From Oligoflexales bacterium (GTDB lineage: Bacteria > Bdellovibrionota_B > Oligoflexia > Oligoflexales > Bog-1112), in the NCBI GenBank assembly GCA_045105515.1, contig JBGCDR010000028.1, forward strand, positions 1-62,140: a DNA stretch of 62,140 nucleotides. Direction: 5' to 3'. Below are positions 1 to 9,133 of this stretch, in pieces. Position 1 is the first letter of the stretch. Every line of letters begins with the position of its first letter. The notes under the pieces were generated by a model. It was not told where the DNA came from, searched no databases, and saw nothing but the letters and a program-made list of their open reading frames with translations. Made by a program: the position numbers and the translations under genes.

Positions 1-105
1 TTTCAAAATGAGGTGCGTGCACCCCATGAAAATTATTTCAAAATGAGGTGCGTGCACCCCATGAAAATTATTTCAAAATGAGGTGCGTGCACCCCATGAA
101 AATTA
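1..105. repeat. Three exact 35-bp tandem repeats (TTTCAAAATGAGGTGCGTGCACCCCATGAAAATTA); probable parS centromere; may continue beyond the window edge
   Basis: Units at 1-35, 36-70 and 71-105 with no spacers. Each has an imperfect palindrome ATGAGGTGC-GT-GCACCCCAT. Lies directly downstream of parB. Confidence 0.8.
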
Positions 106-123
106 TATCAAAATTAACTTACC

Positions 124-1011
124 CTAATTTATGTTCTCTTGCCCACAAATTTTCATGTATGTTTCTTTGGATAAAAATCCAATATTTTCACAAAAACTGA
201 GAAACAAATCTGTATTACTACTATCCAAATTCAAGTCTTCGAATGCTAGATCTATCCTAGATTTCTTTCTAAGCTCAGACGGGCTAAACTCATTCTTTGC
301 TTCTCCACCTAAAAGCGCTTCTAAAACTTCGTCTTCCGATAGAGATTTTCTTGCTAAAGCCTCAAGTTTACGATAACTCAAATTTTTTTGTTCAATCACT
401 TTATGGATTTCTTTATTCCATTTTGCTATCTTTAACATTCTAGATACTGTAGTTCTGTCTTTTCCCACTCTTTTAGCGATTTCATTGATTCTTAGACCTC
501 TTTTTTCCCATTTTAAATATTCTCCTGCTTTTTCAAGAACAGTCATTTCTTCAACTATTTCATTAGCTGCAAATGCCATGTTCCTTGTGTCAATCATATT
601 GCCTTTTCTAAAAATGGCAGGAATAACCTTTCTTCCTAGGCTTTTAAAAGCAGCTATTCTCCTATGGCCTGAAATACAGACAATATTGCCCTTGTGTTCT
701 TTTATTACAATTGGGGAAAGTAATCCCTCATTGTTAATTGAATCTACCAACGCAACGAATTTTTCTGATTCCTCATCAAATTTACGTATGTTTTTAGACG
801 TATCAATACACTCTATAAGAATTTTTTCAAAATAATCTCCATCTTTTGATTGAGAAATTTGGTCTGCATGATAAATAAGACCCCTTTTTTCTTCTTCTTG
901 CATTTCTTTCATCGAGTCAAAATTCTCAACCAAGGACTCCTGTGCTTTGAAAGAATTAACTCCTTCATTAACTGATTTACCTACTCCGCTTGTGTCTAAA
1001 TTTGATGACAT
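124..1011 (-). CDS. parB: ParB/RepB/Spo0J family partition protein
   Basis: GLLSPIVI...ISGHRRIAA ParB box, HTH (EIAKRVGKDRTTVSRMLKI), follows parA. Confidence 0.92.
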   Translation of the reverse strand: MSSNLDTSGVGKSVNEGVNSFKAQESLVENFDSMKEMQEEEKRGLIYHADQISQSKDGDYFEKILIECIDTSKNIRKFDEESEKFVALVDSINNEGLLSPIVIKEHKGNIVCISGHRRIAAFKSLGRKVIPAIFRKGNMIDTRNMAFAANEIVEEMTVLEKAGEYLKWEKRGLRINEIAKRVGKDRTTVSRMLKIAKWNKEIHKVIEQKNLSYRKLEALARKSLSEDEVLEALLGGEAKNEFSPSELRKKSRIDLAFEDLNLDSSNTDLFLSFCENIGFLSKETYMKICGQENIN

Positions 1012-1023
1012 AGCAATCCCCTC

Positions 1024-1899
1024 CTAGCTCTGAATTGACGATTCAATTAGTTGTGGTTTAATAAAAGGTACGTTTTCAGATTGTGGGGTTGGCTGAGCCT
1101 TCCCTCTTCTAGGACCTCTCAAATTTGGAATAAGGTCACTTGCTACCTTTAAGTACTCTTCAGTTCCTTTAAAGCTCCTATTATGAACCCAAAGGAAAGG
1201 TTTGTTTTCTAGTGCAGAGCTAGACGCACCAGCAGTCCTTGGAATAATTCCAACAACTTTATGGTCAATTTTGGATGCGTACTTCTCTATTTCACCTTTC
1301 AATATTTGATGTGTTTTTACAGCCTTGCAGTAATCTGTAATTAAAAAACCTAAAAAATACAGTTGCTTGTTGTATTTTTTAATTCTTATCATTTCTTTGA
1401 AGAGGTTTTCGCATCCTTCAAGTGGATCAATTTCACTTTTGAGAGGGATCAAATAATAATGTGAAGCATTTAGTGCATTTTGAAACAAGAGATCTAGGGC
1501 TGGGGCACAATCTATTATTATAATTTCATGATCTAGTGTAGATCTGTCTAATAACTCTTCCAATAGCATCCCAGAATTTGGAATAGTAATTTGCTCCCTA
1601 GCAAAATCAGTCAAACTCATATCAGAAGCAAGAATATCAAGATTCTTTTGTTGAGTATGATAGATCAAATCCTCTACATTTAGGCTTTCATCAAGCAATC
1701 CTTTAGAAACAGATCTACCATCATCTTTAACCCTAGCTCTTAAACCAAACCATCTAGTTGTATTTGCTTGGCCATCAAAATCAATCAGTAAAGTCTTTTT
1801 TCCAAGGTCACAAAAACTGGCAGCCAAATTTACGGAGGATATAGTTTTACCCACTCCTCCTTTGTTGTTTGTTATTGCTATAATCGAGGGTTTGCTCAT
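1024..1899 (-). CDS. parA: ParA family partition ATPase
   Basis: Deviant Walker A KGGVGKT, DFDGQAN, IIIDCAP. Confidence 0.95.
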   Translation of the reverse strand: MSKPSIIAITNNKGGVGKTISSVNLAASFCDLGKKTLLIDFDGQANTTRWFGLRARVKDDGRSVSKGLLDESLNVEDLIYHTQQKNLDILASDMSLTDFAREQITIPNSGMLLEELLDRSTLDHEIIIIDCAPALDLLFQNALNASHYYLIPLKSEIDPLEGCENLFKEMIRIKKYNKQLYFLGFLITDYCKAVKTHQILKGEIEKYASKIDHKVVGIIPRTAGASSSALENKPFLWVHNRSFKGTEEYLKVASDLIPNLRGPRRGKAQPTPQSENVPFIKPQLIESSIQS

Positions 1900-1940
1900 A
1901 TTTTTTTTCCCTTTAAATTTTTTTTACAACTTTAATTTTG

Positions 1941-2100
1941 ATCTAAATAACTATTTAGGTCCAGCGCATAAATTTTTTGACTCAAGAGATCAGGCGAGAT
2001 ATTTCTATTTTCCTTCGTATTTTAAAGCACTTGCAATCCTAGCGGCATTATTCTAAAATATAAAGGAGGCCCCGCCTCTTATCTAAATATCTATTTAGAT
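1941..2100. promoter_or_regulatory. Two 20-bp palindromic operator-like sites between parA and rep (1941-1960, 2081-2100)
   Basis: ATCTAAATAACTATTTAGGT and ATCTAAATATCTATTTAGAT, 140 bp apart, in a divergent intergenic region. Confidence 0.6.
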
Positions 2101-2215
2101 TTTGATTTGCAAAGTAATTAGGTTTTAATAGAAGAATAAGACTTTCCATTTGTGAAAAAAATAGAGGGAGATCTTTTAATTTAAATCATATTAACGAAAG
2201 AAATAAGAAGGGAAT

Positions 2216-2253
2216 CCTGAGGCTCTAGTTTGGCGACGAGATGCACCTCATGG
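2216..2253 (+). promoter_or_regulatory. Leader stem-loop with TTTGGCGA loop upstream of rep; possible antisense-RNA target
   Basis: CCTGAGG...CCTCATGG stem enclosing TTTGGCGA, about 45 nt before the rep ATG. Confidence 0.45.
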
Positions 2254-2296
2254 ACTTGGCTCACCGCTTTCAGAACGAAAGAGGAACAGTAAAATA

Positions 2297-4450
2297 ATGT
2301 CAAATTTCAGCTTTGTAATCAAGTCTGAATCAGATAAACCTTACACCGGCGGCTACCACAGCTTTAAAAAGATTCTACGTTTAGAGGAAGACGGATCTAA
2401 GATTATAAGTTGCGAGCATACCGGCTGGCAGCATTTCAAGTCTGACTACATTTCTTCAGCTTGGCTCAACCCTGATGGGACTAGAGTTCCCTACTGCATT
2501 CCTTTAGACATCGATGTTAAAGATACTGACAAAAAGTGGCTTGATGATGAAGGGCGAATTAACTGGGAGAAGGCTGTAGCCTTCCTCCAAAAAAACTACC
2601 TTGAGATCTTTAGCTATCTTCTCTTTGTAGTTCGTAGCACGGCCGGCAAGGGAATTCACCTGGGAATTGCTATCAGTCCTATTGTTAAAGACGGTAGCGA
2701 AGGATCTATCAAAACGGCATTCCTAGCTCAGCAAGCCCAAGAAGCTTTAATCAGATTACTAAGGCATCACGGGCTAGGCGCGGATAACGCAGCTAGGGGC
2801 CTTGTCAGAGAGGTGCCTAATTTCAGACGGCATGAAGTCTCAAAATATAGTCAGGCGAAGCAGCTTAGTTACAACAAAGATATCCACGCACTCATAAAAA
2901 GAGAAGGCCGGAATGTTATCACAGAGATCCTGGCGATCACCAATAAGCTAAAAGAGTGCAGACCAAAAGCCAAAAAAGACCAAGAAGAGATCCTTCACCC
3001 ACATAAGACCACAGAAGCTAGGTTGGCTCACTTGTATGTGGATCTTTTTGACAATCTTGGGCAATCCAAATGCTACACGATGGCTGAGCTAATTAAGCTG
3101 ACTCAGATATCGAGGGCAACCCTTAGAAATATACTCGTAAGCCGCCCAAAGTCGCGGCCTAAATGGCTCAACGTGAACTATCTAAATAAGAGCGAAGGCT
3201 ATGAGCTTTGGATTAACCCTGAGTTTGGCGATATCGAGCGAGCAGTCAAGCTCATAGAGAACCCTGAGTATGCATCAACTTTTCTTAAAGACTTAAAGCT
3301 GCCAGAAGAAGTGGAAGATGGCGAGCGCAATGCATGGTTATCTAGTGCAGCAATTTACTACAAATGGCATGGGTATTCCAAACACCAAACCCTAATAGCA
3401 TTGAACCATCACACTAAACAGATACCTGGGTATGAAGATTCAAGGAACTGCAAGAGCCTGACACGGATTGTTGGTTCGGTGTACAGGAACCAGCCACAGA
3501 TGCTTGGAATCAAGTCAGGAAAAGAATTACCGCTAGCTTTAAGAAAAAAAACGGAAGTAAAAAATAACATAGAAGGCCCGTATTCTACGGGTCCTTTTGC
3601 CGCTGGAAATACCCACTACTCCCTGGCCTTCACGCGCAGGGGTAATGAGAAACATTTAGTCAACTTGGGCGAGAATCAAGAACAATCAGATACTTCAATT
3701 GTAGAAGGTGTAGAAGTGAGAGGCACTGGATACAAATTACAGCTTCGAGCAATACAGGAGCTTTTGGGGAAACTTGATGAGAAACCAAGCAAGTTGATCG
3801 TCAAGGGTCAGTCGATGCTTCAGGCTAATCCTGTGGTGGACAAGTTTGCCAAGTACTATGGCTTTGAGTTTGAGTTTGCTGAGCGTGATGCTGATGATAA
3901 GCGGCTTTTGAAAGAATTCAGGGAGAGCAATTTGGAAGCTCTCCCATCAATGGATGGAGTTGAGGTCAGGACATCAATAGATATACCGGATTTATACGAG
4001 CGCAAGGTCAGATTGGATGGGTATCTTGAGCATCAAAGGTGTTTTTATTGGCTAGGTGATTCTTGGATCGGCCGCAAACTTCAGGTCGTGGACGATGGCA
4101 CAAACATAGAATTTTTTGAAAAGGCGCAATTTATTAGAGGGTACAATCGCCTTTCTGGAAAAGGCGCAAAGACTGAAGGTGGCACAAACTCCCAGTGGCA
4201 CAAAGCTAAATCTTTAGATTCCACCTACAGACGAAAGGCGCAAAAGGTTGGTCCTTCTTTTGACCAGTTAATCTTGGCACAAATTGAGAAGGGCCAAGGG
4301 ATTATCAATACAAAATTTATATTTGGGTTCTTGAAGCTTATGGACTCATGGCCTTGGGAACAACTCGAAGCTGTCGCAAAGTATTGTGCTAGAAGGCGCA
4401 ATTATTCATACAGATTTTTCAACTCATGTTTGGAGGCTGGAGTCGAATGA
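2297..4450 (+). CDS. Putative replication protein: AEP-like primase-polymerase plus PriCT-like domain plus IS21 IstA-like C-terminal region
   Basis: PLDIDVKD and RSTAGKGIH AEP-like motifs; EDGERNAWL PriCT-like motif; FAKYYGF, RKVRLDGY...FY and LEAVAKYC...SYRFFNSCL resemble the IstA C-terminus; divergent from parAB. Confidence 0.65.
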   Translation: MSNFSFVIKSESDKPYTGGYHSFKKILRLEEDGSKIISCEHTGWQHFKSDYISSAWLNPDGTRVPYCIPLDIDVKDTDKKWLDDEGRINWEKAVAFLQKNYLEIFSYLLFVVRSTAGKGIHLGIAISPIVKDGSEGSIKTAFLAQQAQEALIRLLRHHGLGADNAARGLVREVPNFRRHEVSKYSQAKQLSYNKDIHALIKREGRNVITEILAITNKLKECRPKAKKDQEEILHPHKTTEARLAHLYVDLFDNLGQSKCYTMAELIKLTQISRATLRNILVSRPKSRPKWLNVNYLNKSEGYELWINPEFGDIERAVKLIENPEYASTFLKDLKLPEEVEDGERNAWLSSAAIYYKWHGYSKHQTLIALNHHTKQIPGYEDSRNCKSLTRIVGSVYRNQPQMLGIKSGKELPLALRKKTEVKNNIEGPYSTGPFAAGNTHYSLAFTRRGNEKHLVNLGENQEQSDTSIVEGVEVRGTGYKLQLRAIQELLGKLDEKPSKLIVKGQSMLQANPVVDKFAKYYGFEFEFAERDADDKRLLKEFRESNLEALPSMDGVEVRTSIDIPDLYERKVRLDGYLEHQRCFYWLGDSWIGRKLQVVDDGTNIEFFEKAQFIRGYNRLSGKGAKTEGGTNSQWHKAKSLDSTYRRKAQKVGPSFDQLILAQIEKGQGIINTKFIFGFLKLMDSWPWEQLEAVAKYCARRRNYSYRFFNSCLEAGVE

Positions 4451-5460
4451 CAATGGCAGAAGGAGGATTATTCAATGGGAATGAGGAAACCAGTGGAGTA
4501 TTTACCTTTGCTTCAGATGGGCAAAGTCAGTCCAAAGAAGCAAAGTATCATCGAGCGTATCGTAGAGATCCTCAAAACAAGGATCGCATCAATATTCAAA
4601 AGAAGAGGAGGAGAGCGTTGAAAAAGGAAATGGAATTAGGAAGCGTTAGTTCTATGTTTGAATCTGTGGCCCGTCCCGCGAAGTCTGAGCCACAGACCGT
4701 CGAAAAAGTGCTGAACAAATCCGACAATGGAAGCTTATCAGAAAGTGAACCTGCAGAGAAAGGCCAGAATAGAGATTTTTTAAGTGAGGTTTTCGATAAG
4801 CTTAGCAAGCTAGACGGCGGTGCATTTATAACCAACTTTCCCGCAGCCGTTTTACTTGCATATTGCGCTTATGAGGCGTCCAAGTTCGTCGTTGCTCAAA
4901 CTCTCCCTATGTATCAATCGCTAAAATTTCCAGATCCCGAACTAGCATGTTACGGCGCGATTTCACTTGCAATTGGATTTTCGGTTTTAAGTGTTATTTC
5001 AAGATCAAGTTTGGCCAAATTATTCACGGCGATAATCATAGCTTATGAAGTGATCCTCGTTTTTGCAGGCTCACAAGCAAATCAAAGCGATCTATCTTTA
5101 GAAGCCCTCAAAGCAAATCCTGAGCATTATGAGGCTTCGGAATACTATGCCATTACTAAGTCCGATTACGATCGCTACAAGGTGAATTTCGAGTCCAATA
5201 ATTCTAAGATGTTCCATAATTCTTGGTACAAGAAAACTTATTTAGATCCAGCCCAAGAAAAGATGGCAGGAGCAGTTTCAAAATTAAAATCAATCGAGGA
5301 AAAACTAGAGAGCAAATATTCACCAAGCTATTGGGAGCTAGTTTTAAAAGTTCTTTATAGGTTAAGTGCAGTAGCATTTGTGATGCTTCTTGCAAAAGAG
5401 TCTATAAAAAGAGGGGTGGGGGCTTTGAATTATAAGAAAAGTATATATATGCATGAGTAG
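4447..5460 (+). CDS. Hypothetical multi-pass membrane protein
   Basis: ATGA overlap with rep stop; several hydrophobic segments and a coiled-coil-like stretch. Confidence 0.7.
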   Translation: MTMAEGGLFNGNEETSGVFTFASDGQSQSKEAKYHRAYRRDPQNKDRINIQKKRRRALKKEMELGSVSSMFESVARPAKSEPQTVEKVLNKSDNGSLSESEPAEKGQNRDFLSEVFDKLSKLDGGAFITNFPAAVLLAYCAYEASKFVVAQTLPMYQSLKFPDPELACYGAISLAIGFSVLSVISRSSLAKLFTAIIIAYEVILVFAGSQANQSDLSLEALKANPEHYEASEYYAITKSDYDRYKVNFESNNSKMFHNSWYKKTYLDPAQEKMAGAVSKLKSIEEKLESKYSPSYWELVLKVLYRLSAVAFVMLLAKESIKRGVGALNYKKSIYMHE

Positions 5461-5513
5461 CTTTTCCGGTGTAATTTATATCATAATTTGATTGATCAAT
5501 AGGGAGATTTTTT

Positions 5514-6242
5514 ATGTTTAGAGTGTTAATAGTTCCTTTTATTATCATAAGTACAACTGTATTTGGATTAGGAAATCAAACTAACTATAGCTTCAATAAA
5601 TCTAAAAAAATATTGCGAGAGATTTATAAGGACCATCAGCAAACATTTTACTGTGGTTGTGACTACAATGAAAAGCTAGTTAATTATAAGAGTTGTTCAT
5701 ACTCTCCCAAGAATCCTAATAGCAATAGATCTAAGAGAATTGAATGGGAGCACATAGTTCCTGCTTATGATTTCGGTCGATCGTTTGTGGAATGGCGTGA
5801 GGGACACAAAGACTGCGTGAACAATAAGGGAAAGAAATTCAAAGGGCGCAACTGTGCTCGTAAAATCAGTAAGAAGTTCAGATTAATGGAGTCTGACATG
5901 TATAATCTTGTGCCTGCGATTGGTGAAATTAATGCATTTAGAAGTAATCACCCAATAACAGAAGTGCCAGATACAAAACAGAGGTTAAAGGGAAACTGTA
6001 AGACCGTATTCTCAGGAAATGCTTTGAAACCCAGGGATGAAATCAAAGGATTTGTTGCAAGAGTTTACAAATATATGAATGATGCTTATCCCGGACATGG
6101 CATTATATCTAAAAAAAATCTTAAACTTTTTGATGCGTGGGATAAGCAATTTTCTCCTACAGCTTGGGAAATAGAGCGAGCTAAAAGGATTGAAAAAATT
6201 CAAAAGAATGGCAATAAATTTATCACGGCTAAAAATAGTTGA
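5514..6242 (+). CDS. endA: Endonuclease I (EndA/Dns family), secreted
   Basis: Signal peptide; TFYCGC, RIEWEHIVPA, DMYNLVPAIGEINAFRSN. Confidence 0.92.
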   Translation: MFRVLIVPFIIISTTVFGLGNQTNYSFNKSKKILREIYKDHQQTFYCGCDYNEKLVNYKSCSYSPKNPNSNRSKRIEWEHIVPAYDFGRSFVEWREGHKDCVNNKGKKFKGRNCARKISKKFRLMESDMYNLVPAIGEINAFRSNHPITEVPDTKQRLKGNCKTVFSGNALKPRDEIKGFVARVYKYMNDAYPGHGIISKKNLKLFDAWDKQFSPTAWEIERAKRIEKIQKNGNKFITAKNS

Positions 6243-6564
6243 TATAGAAAAAGAGGGTATCTACTCATAAACTTCCTCTTAGGTGCCTTATTAGGATTTT
6301 GTGGTCGAAGAATGATAGGGAGAATTTAATGCAAAGTCAGGTTATTTGCAGAGAAATCGTGAGGTATAAAAAAGAAGAACTTGTACCTAAGTATCCAAAT
6401 TTTTCCTTTATAGACTAATATATAAGGGCATTTTTAGTATATTCCAGCTACCAAATGTTTTACATAATTTCTGATTATCAACGAATATTCCTATATTTAC
6501 TAGAAGTGTTGCAGACAAGAAAAAAGAAATATATGAAAAGACTGTATAAAAAATAAGCTAAGTA

Positions 6565-6587
6565 TTTGGCATAACTTCTTTGCCAAA
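6565..6587. promoter_or_regulatory. Palindromic operator TTTGG-N13-CCAAA upstream of the SBP gene
   Basis: TTTGGCATAACTTCTTTGCCAAA followed by a TACTAT -10-like hexamer; same geometry as the site at 9083-9109. Confidence 0.5.
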
Positions 6588-6626
6588 GTACTATTGGAAT
6601 AGTCTGTTGCTGGAGAAGGACCGACG

Positions 6627-8096
6627 ATGAGAAATTTAGCCTTATTAATGTTTATATTTGCGAATACGGCGTTTTCAATCGATCAACGAATTATCTCTCA
6701 CCTTGAGAAGAACACACCAACACTTATTATAGAGTCTTTCGATGGATTTGATCTTGACCCACTTTATTCAGAATATGGAAAAAATGTATATATTAGCGGT
6801 TTGGTGTCTGAGCCTCCTCTTAGGCTGGAGCTTAATGGAGATCTTAGCTCTAGGATTTTGAACTATTTTCACAAATTTAAAAATAAGGTTGTTTTTACTG
6901 TTTCTAAAGACGCTAAGTTCAATGACGGATCAATTATTACTGCTGCAGATGTGGCTATGACCATTAAGAGGTACGCACGTACTGTACCAACTCATGCAAC
7001 TCTATCTGCCTTGGAAGGATTTGATAAATGGTTAGAAAACGAGCATCCCTTACTACATGAATTCCAGGGAATAAAAATTGAAAGTGATAATTTAATTCTA
7101 ACATTTGTGCATGAAAATGTTTCTCCGTTTATGTGGGCAGCAGACCACCCAGTTGGAGTAGTTCCTGAGAAACAAATAGATAAACTAACAGGAGAAATTA
7201 TAGGAGGCACACCTCTTTCTTCTGGAGGATTTTGGATTAAAGATGCCTCTTACCCAATTGTTCAGTTAACTGGAAAGTCAGATATATCTATTGTGGGTAT
7301 CAATCCAAATGAGTGGCATCAATACGCAAAGTATTTCTCTAGTAATCATGTTGCAACTACTGATTCAGGGTATTTTACTCATGATAATTATAAAAAACTG
7401 GTTGATTACAGCAACATCGTTGAAGAGTTTACCCACCCTAATAATCGATTCCAATTTATCTATCTAGTAGATTCAAAGCCTCCATTTGATAACCAAAGAG
7501 TTCGGCAGTTTTTTGCATCTGAAATTCGCAGAACAATTGAACTTGAGGGAGATATGCCTCAAGGGTCAATCATTACGAAAATTACTGCTGGATATGAGCC
7601 TCTGAGTGAATTGAATCGAAGTTTTCCCCCCTTCTCAGAGAGTGAGAAAAAAGAGATCTTAGCCTACTTAAAGCAACATGAAATAACACCGACTTTTAAG
7701 GCAAAGGATAATTTTATTGCGATATTGAATAAAACCGCTGAAAGGCTCGATTTGAAGATAGGAAACAAAAATAATGAAACTTTCAATGTATCTTGTTTTT
7801 ATTCAGGTGTTGATGCGGCTGTTCCTGTAAAAAATTACGTGGATCTTTTGACCCCAATGCTCAAACCTATTGGATTCAAGGTTGCTTTGAATGACCCTAG
7901 GTTGCAAGAACTTGTTTCAAAAATATCTGTTCATAACCCTTCAGCAAGGTCTATAAGAGATATGAATCGGTATTTGTTCGAAAAATCTGTGATTACGGGT
8001 ATTAAACATAATCATATAGTTCATTATGTCTCAAAAGATACTAATATTATAAAGCGAAAGCATTGGATATTCAGCGCGGAAGACTACTTTTTCTAG
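6627..8096 (+). CDS. Orphan ABC substrate-binding protein, family 5 (OppA/DppA-like)
   Basis: Signal peptide; AKFNDGSIITAADVAMTIKR family-5 signature; PPFDNQRVRQ; no permease or ATPase nearby. Confidence 0.8.
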   Translation: MRNLALLMFIFANTAFSIDQRIISHLEKNTPTLIIESFDGFDLDPLYSEYGKNVYISGLVSEPPLRLELNGDLSSRILNYFHKFKNKVVFTVSKDAKFNDGSIITAADVAMTIKRYARTVPTHATLSALEGFDKWLENEHPLLHEFQGIKIESDNLILTFVHENVSPFMWAADHPVGVVPEKQIDKLTGEIIGGTPLSSGGFWIKDASYPIVQLTGKSDISIVGINPNEWHQYAKYFSSNHVATTDSGYFTHDNYKKLVDYSNIVEEFTHPNNRFQFIYLVDSKPPFDNQRVRQFFASEIRRTIELEGDMPQGSIITKITAGYEPLSELNRSFPPFSESEKKEILAYLKQHEITPTFKAKDNFIAILNKTAERLDLKIGNKNNETFNVSCFYSGVDAAVPVKNYVDLLTPMLKPIGFKVALNDPRLQELVSKISVHNPSARSIRDMNRYLFEKSVITGIKHNHIVHYVSKDTNIIKRKHWIFSAEDYFF

Positions 8097-8257
8097 CCGT
8101 TCCCACCCCCACATCCGTGATCTTCAGAACACTTAGCGGTGCGTTGGATTTCAACCTCACTAGGGTGATACCCTCCATCAGTTCCAGACAATGCTGATAC
8201 TGACCATCCTGCTAATAACAGTATTGCCAATAGTTTGGTTTTCAATTCTCTAAACAT
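8093..8257 (-). CDS. Small secreted peptide precursor (54 aa) with a C-terminal Cys loop and GGGNG tail
   Basis: RBS GAAGGGG before ATG 8257, 2 nt after the regulator stop; Sec-type signal MFRELKTKLLAILLLAGWSVSALS; predicted mature GTDGGYHPSEVEIQRTAKCSEDHGCGGGNG. Confidence 0.75.
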   Translation of the reverse strand: MFRELKTKLLAILLLAGWSVSALSGTDGGYHPSEVEIQRTAKCSEDHGCGGGNG

Positions 8258-8259
8258 GA

Positions 8260-9051
8260 CTACCCCTTCGATAATTTGTCGAACCAGCAATTTAAAAATA
8301 CTGGTATATTGCCTTCTTCTTCTTCCTCTTCAAGTATTTCTGTCGCTTTTGCTAAGAAGTCATTTAAGAGGTTGTTCAACCTTTTCATTCCCTTTGCAGT
8401 TGTTACATAGGAAAGGTAGTGAAGGATTGAATCGTCTCCGTTGCTAAAGAATCTTTTTTCTAACTCTGGCAGGTGGAGGTTTATGACAGACAGCGGAAAT
8501 TTTGCATATCCTCCTCCTGAGATCACTAGCTTATCGTTTACTACTCCAACATACCCCTGGTTTTCCAATTCTGTTACTTTTTCTATGGCATTTTTTCCAA
8601 TAATATCGAAGATATCATCAACATCTGTTTTGCCATTAGACGCTAAAAATAGTATTAAGAAGTTTTCAAAATCAAATAGAAGGCTAGTGGGCACAGTTAC
8701 CATACGCTGTTTGCCATATGGAGCCTTGTAGCTTCTTGGTTTATTTATTTCTAGGTAACTTTTAATTTCCGCACTGGAGTTATCAATAATATCGTTCATC
8801 GATGCAAATCCGCCAAAAAAACTTTGCAATGCTAGAACATCATCCGTGTTAATAAAATCTACCTGATCTTTTTCGTTCCAATTTGCAAGTTGAGAAATCC
8901 TTGTTCGACTAACTTGCAGCTTATCTGAAAGCCTTCTCCAACTTCTCTCCGATTTACCTCTGCTAATCTCAGTCTGCCCACGATATTCGACAAGCTTATA
9001 TTTCAACTCTTTTGCAACATCGTGTGGGATCTGGGGTTTTTTTCTAGGCAT
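8260..9051 (-). CDS. HTH transcriptional regulator (XRE-like N-terminus; overall resemblance to TIGR02147/DUF4423-type regulators)
   Basis: SWRRLSDKLQVSRTRISQLAN HTH; second wHTH-like segment; C-terminal helix-strand domain. Confidence 0.65.
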   Translation of the reverse strand: MPRKKPQIPHDVAKELKYKLVEYRGQTEISRGKSERSWRRLSDKLQVSRTRISQLANWNEKDQVDFINTDDVLALQSFFGGFASMNDIIDNSSAEIKSYLEINKPRSYKAPYGKQRMVTVPTSLLFDFENFLILFLASNGKTDVDDIFDIIGKNAIEKVTELENQGYVGVVNDKLVISGGGYAKFPLSVINLHLPELEKRFFSNGDDSILHYLSYVTTAKGMKRLNNLLNDFLAKATEILEEEEEEGNIPVFLNCWFDKLSKG

Positions 9052-9082
9052 AAACTTATTCTCAAAAAATCAATAAAACCAA

Positions 9083-9109
9083 ATTTTGGTCTTATTAAGG
9101 AACCAAAAT
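9083..9109. promoter_or_regulatory. Palindromic operator ATTTTGGT-N11-ACCAAAAT upstream of the HTH-peptide operon
   Basis: Perfect 8-bp arms about 30 bp upstream of the regulator ATG. Confidence 0.55.
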
Positions 9110-9133
9110 ACAAAAAAAAATTAGGTTTGCAAC

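Noticed and set aside
1..105. CRISPR array
   Set aside because: The 35-bp units are contiguous with no spacers and there are no cas genes
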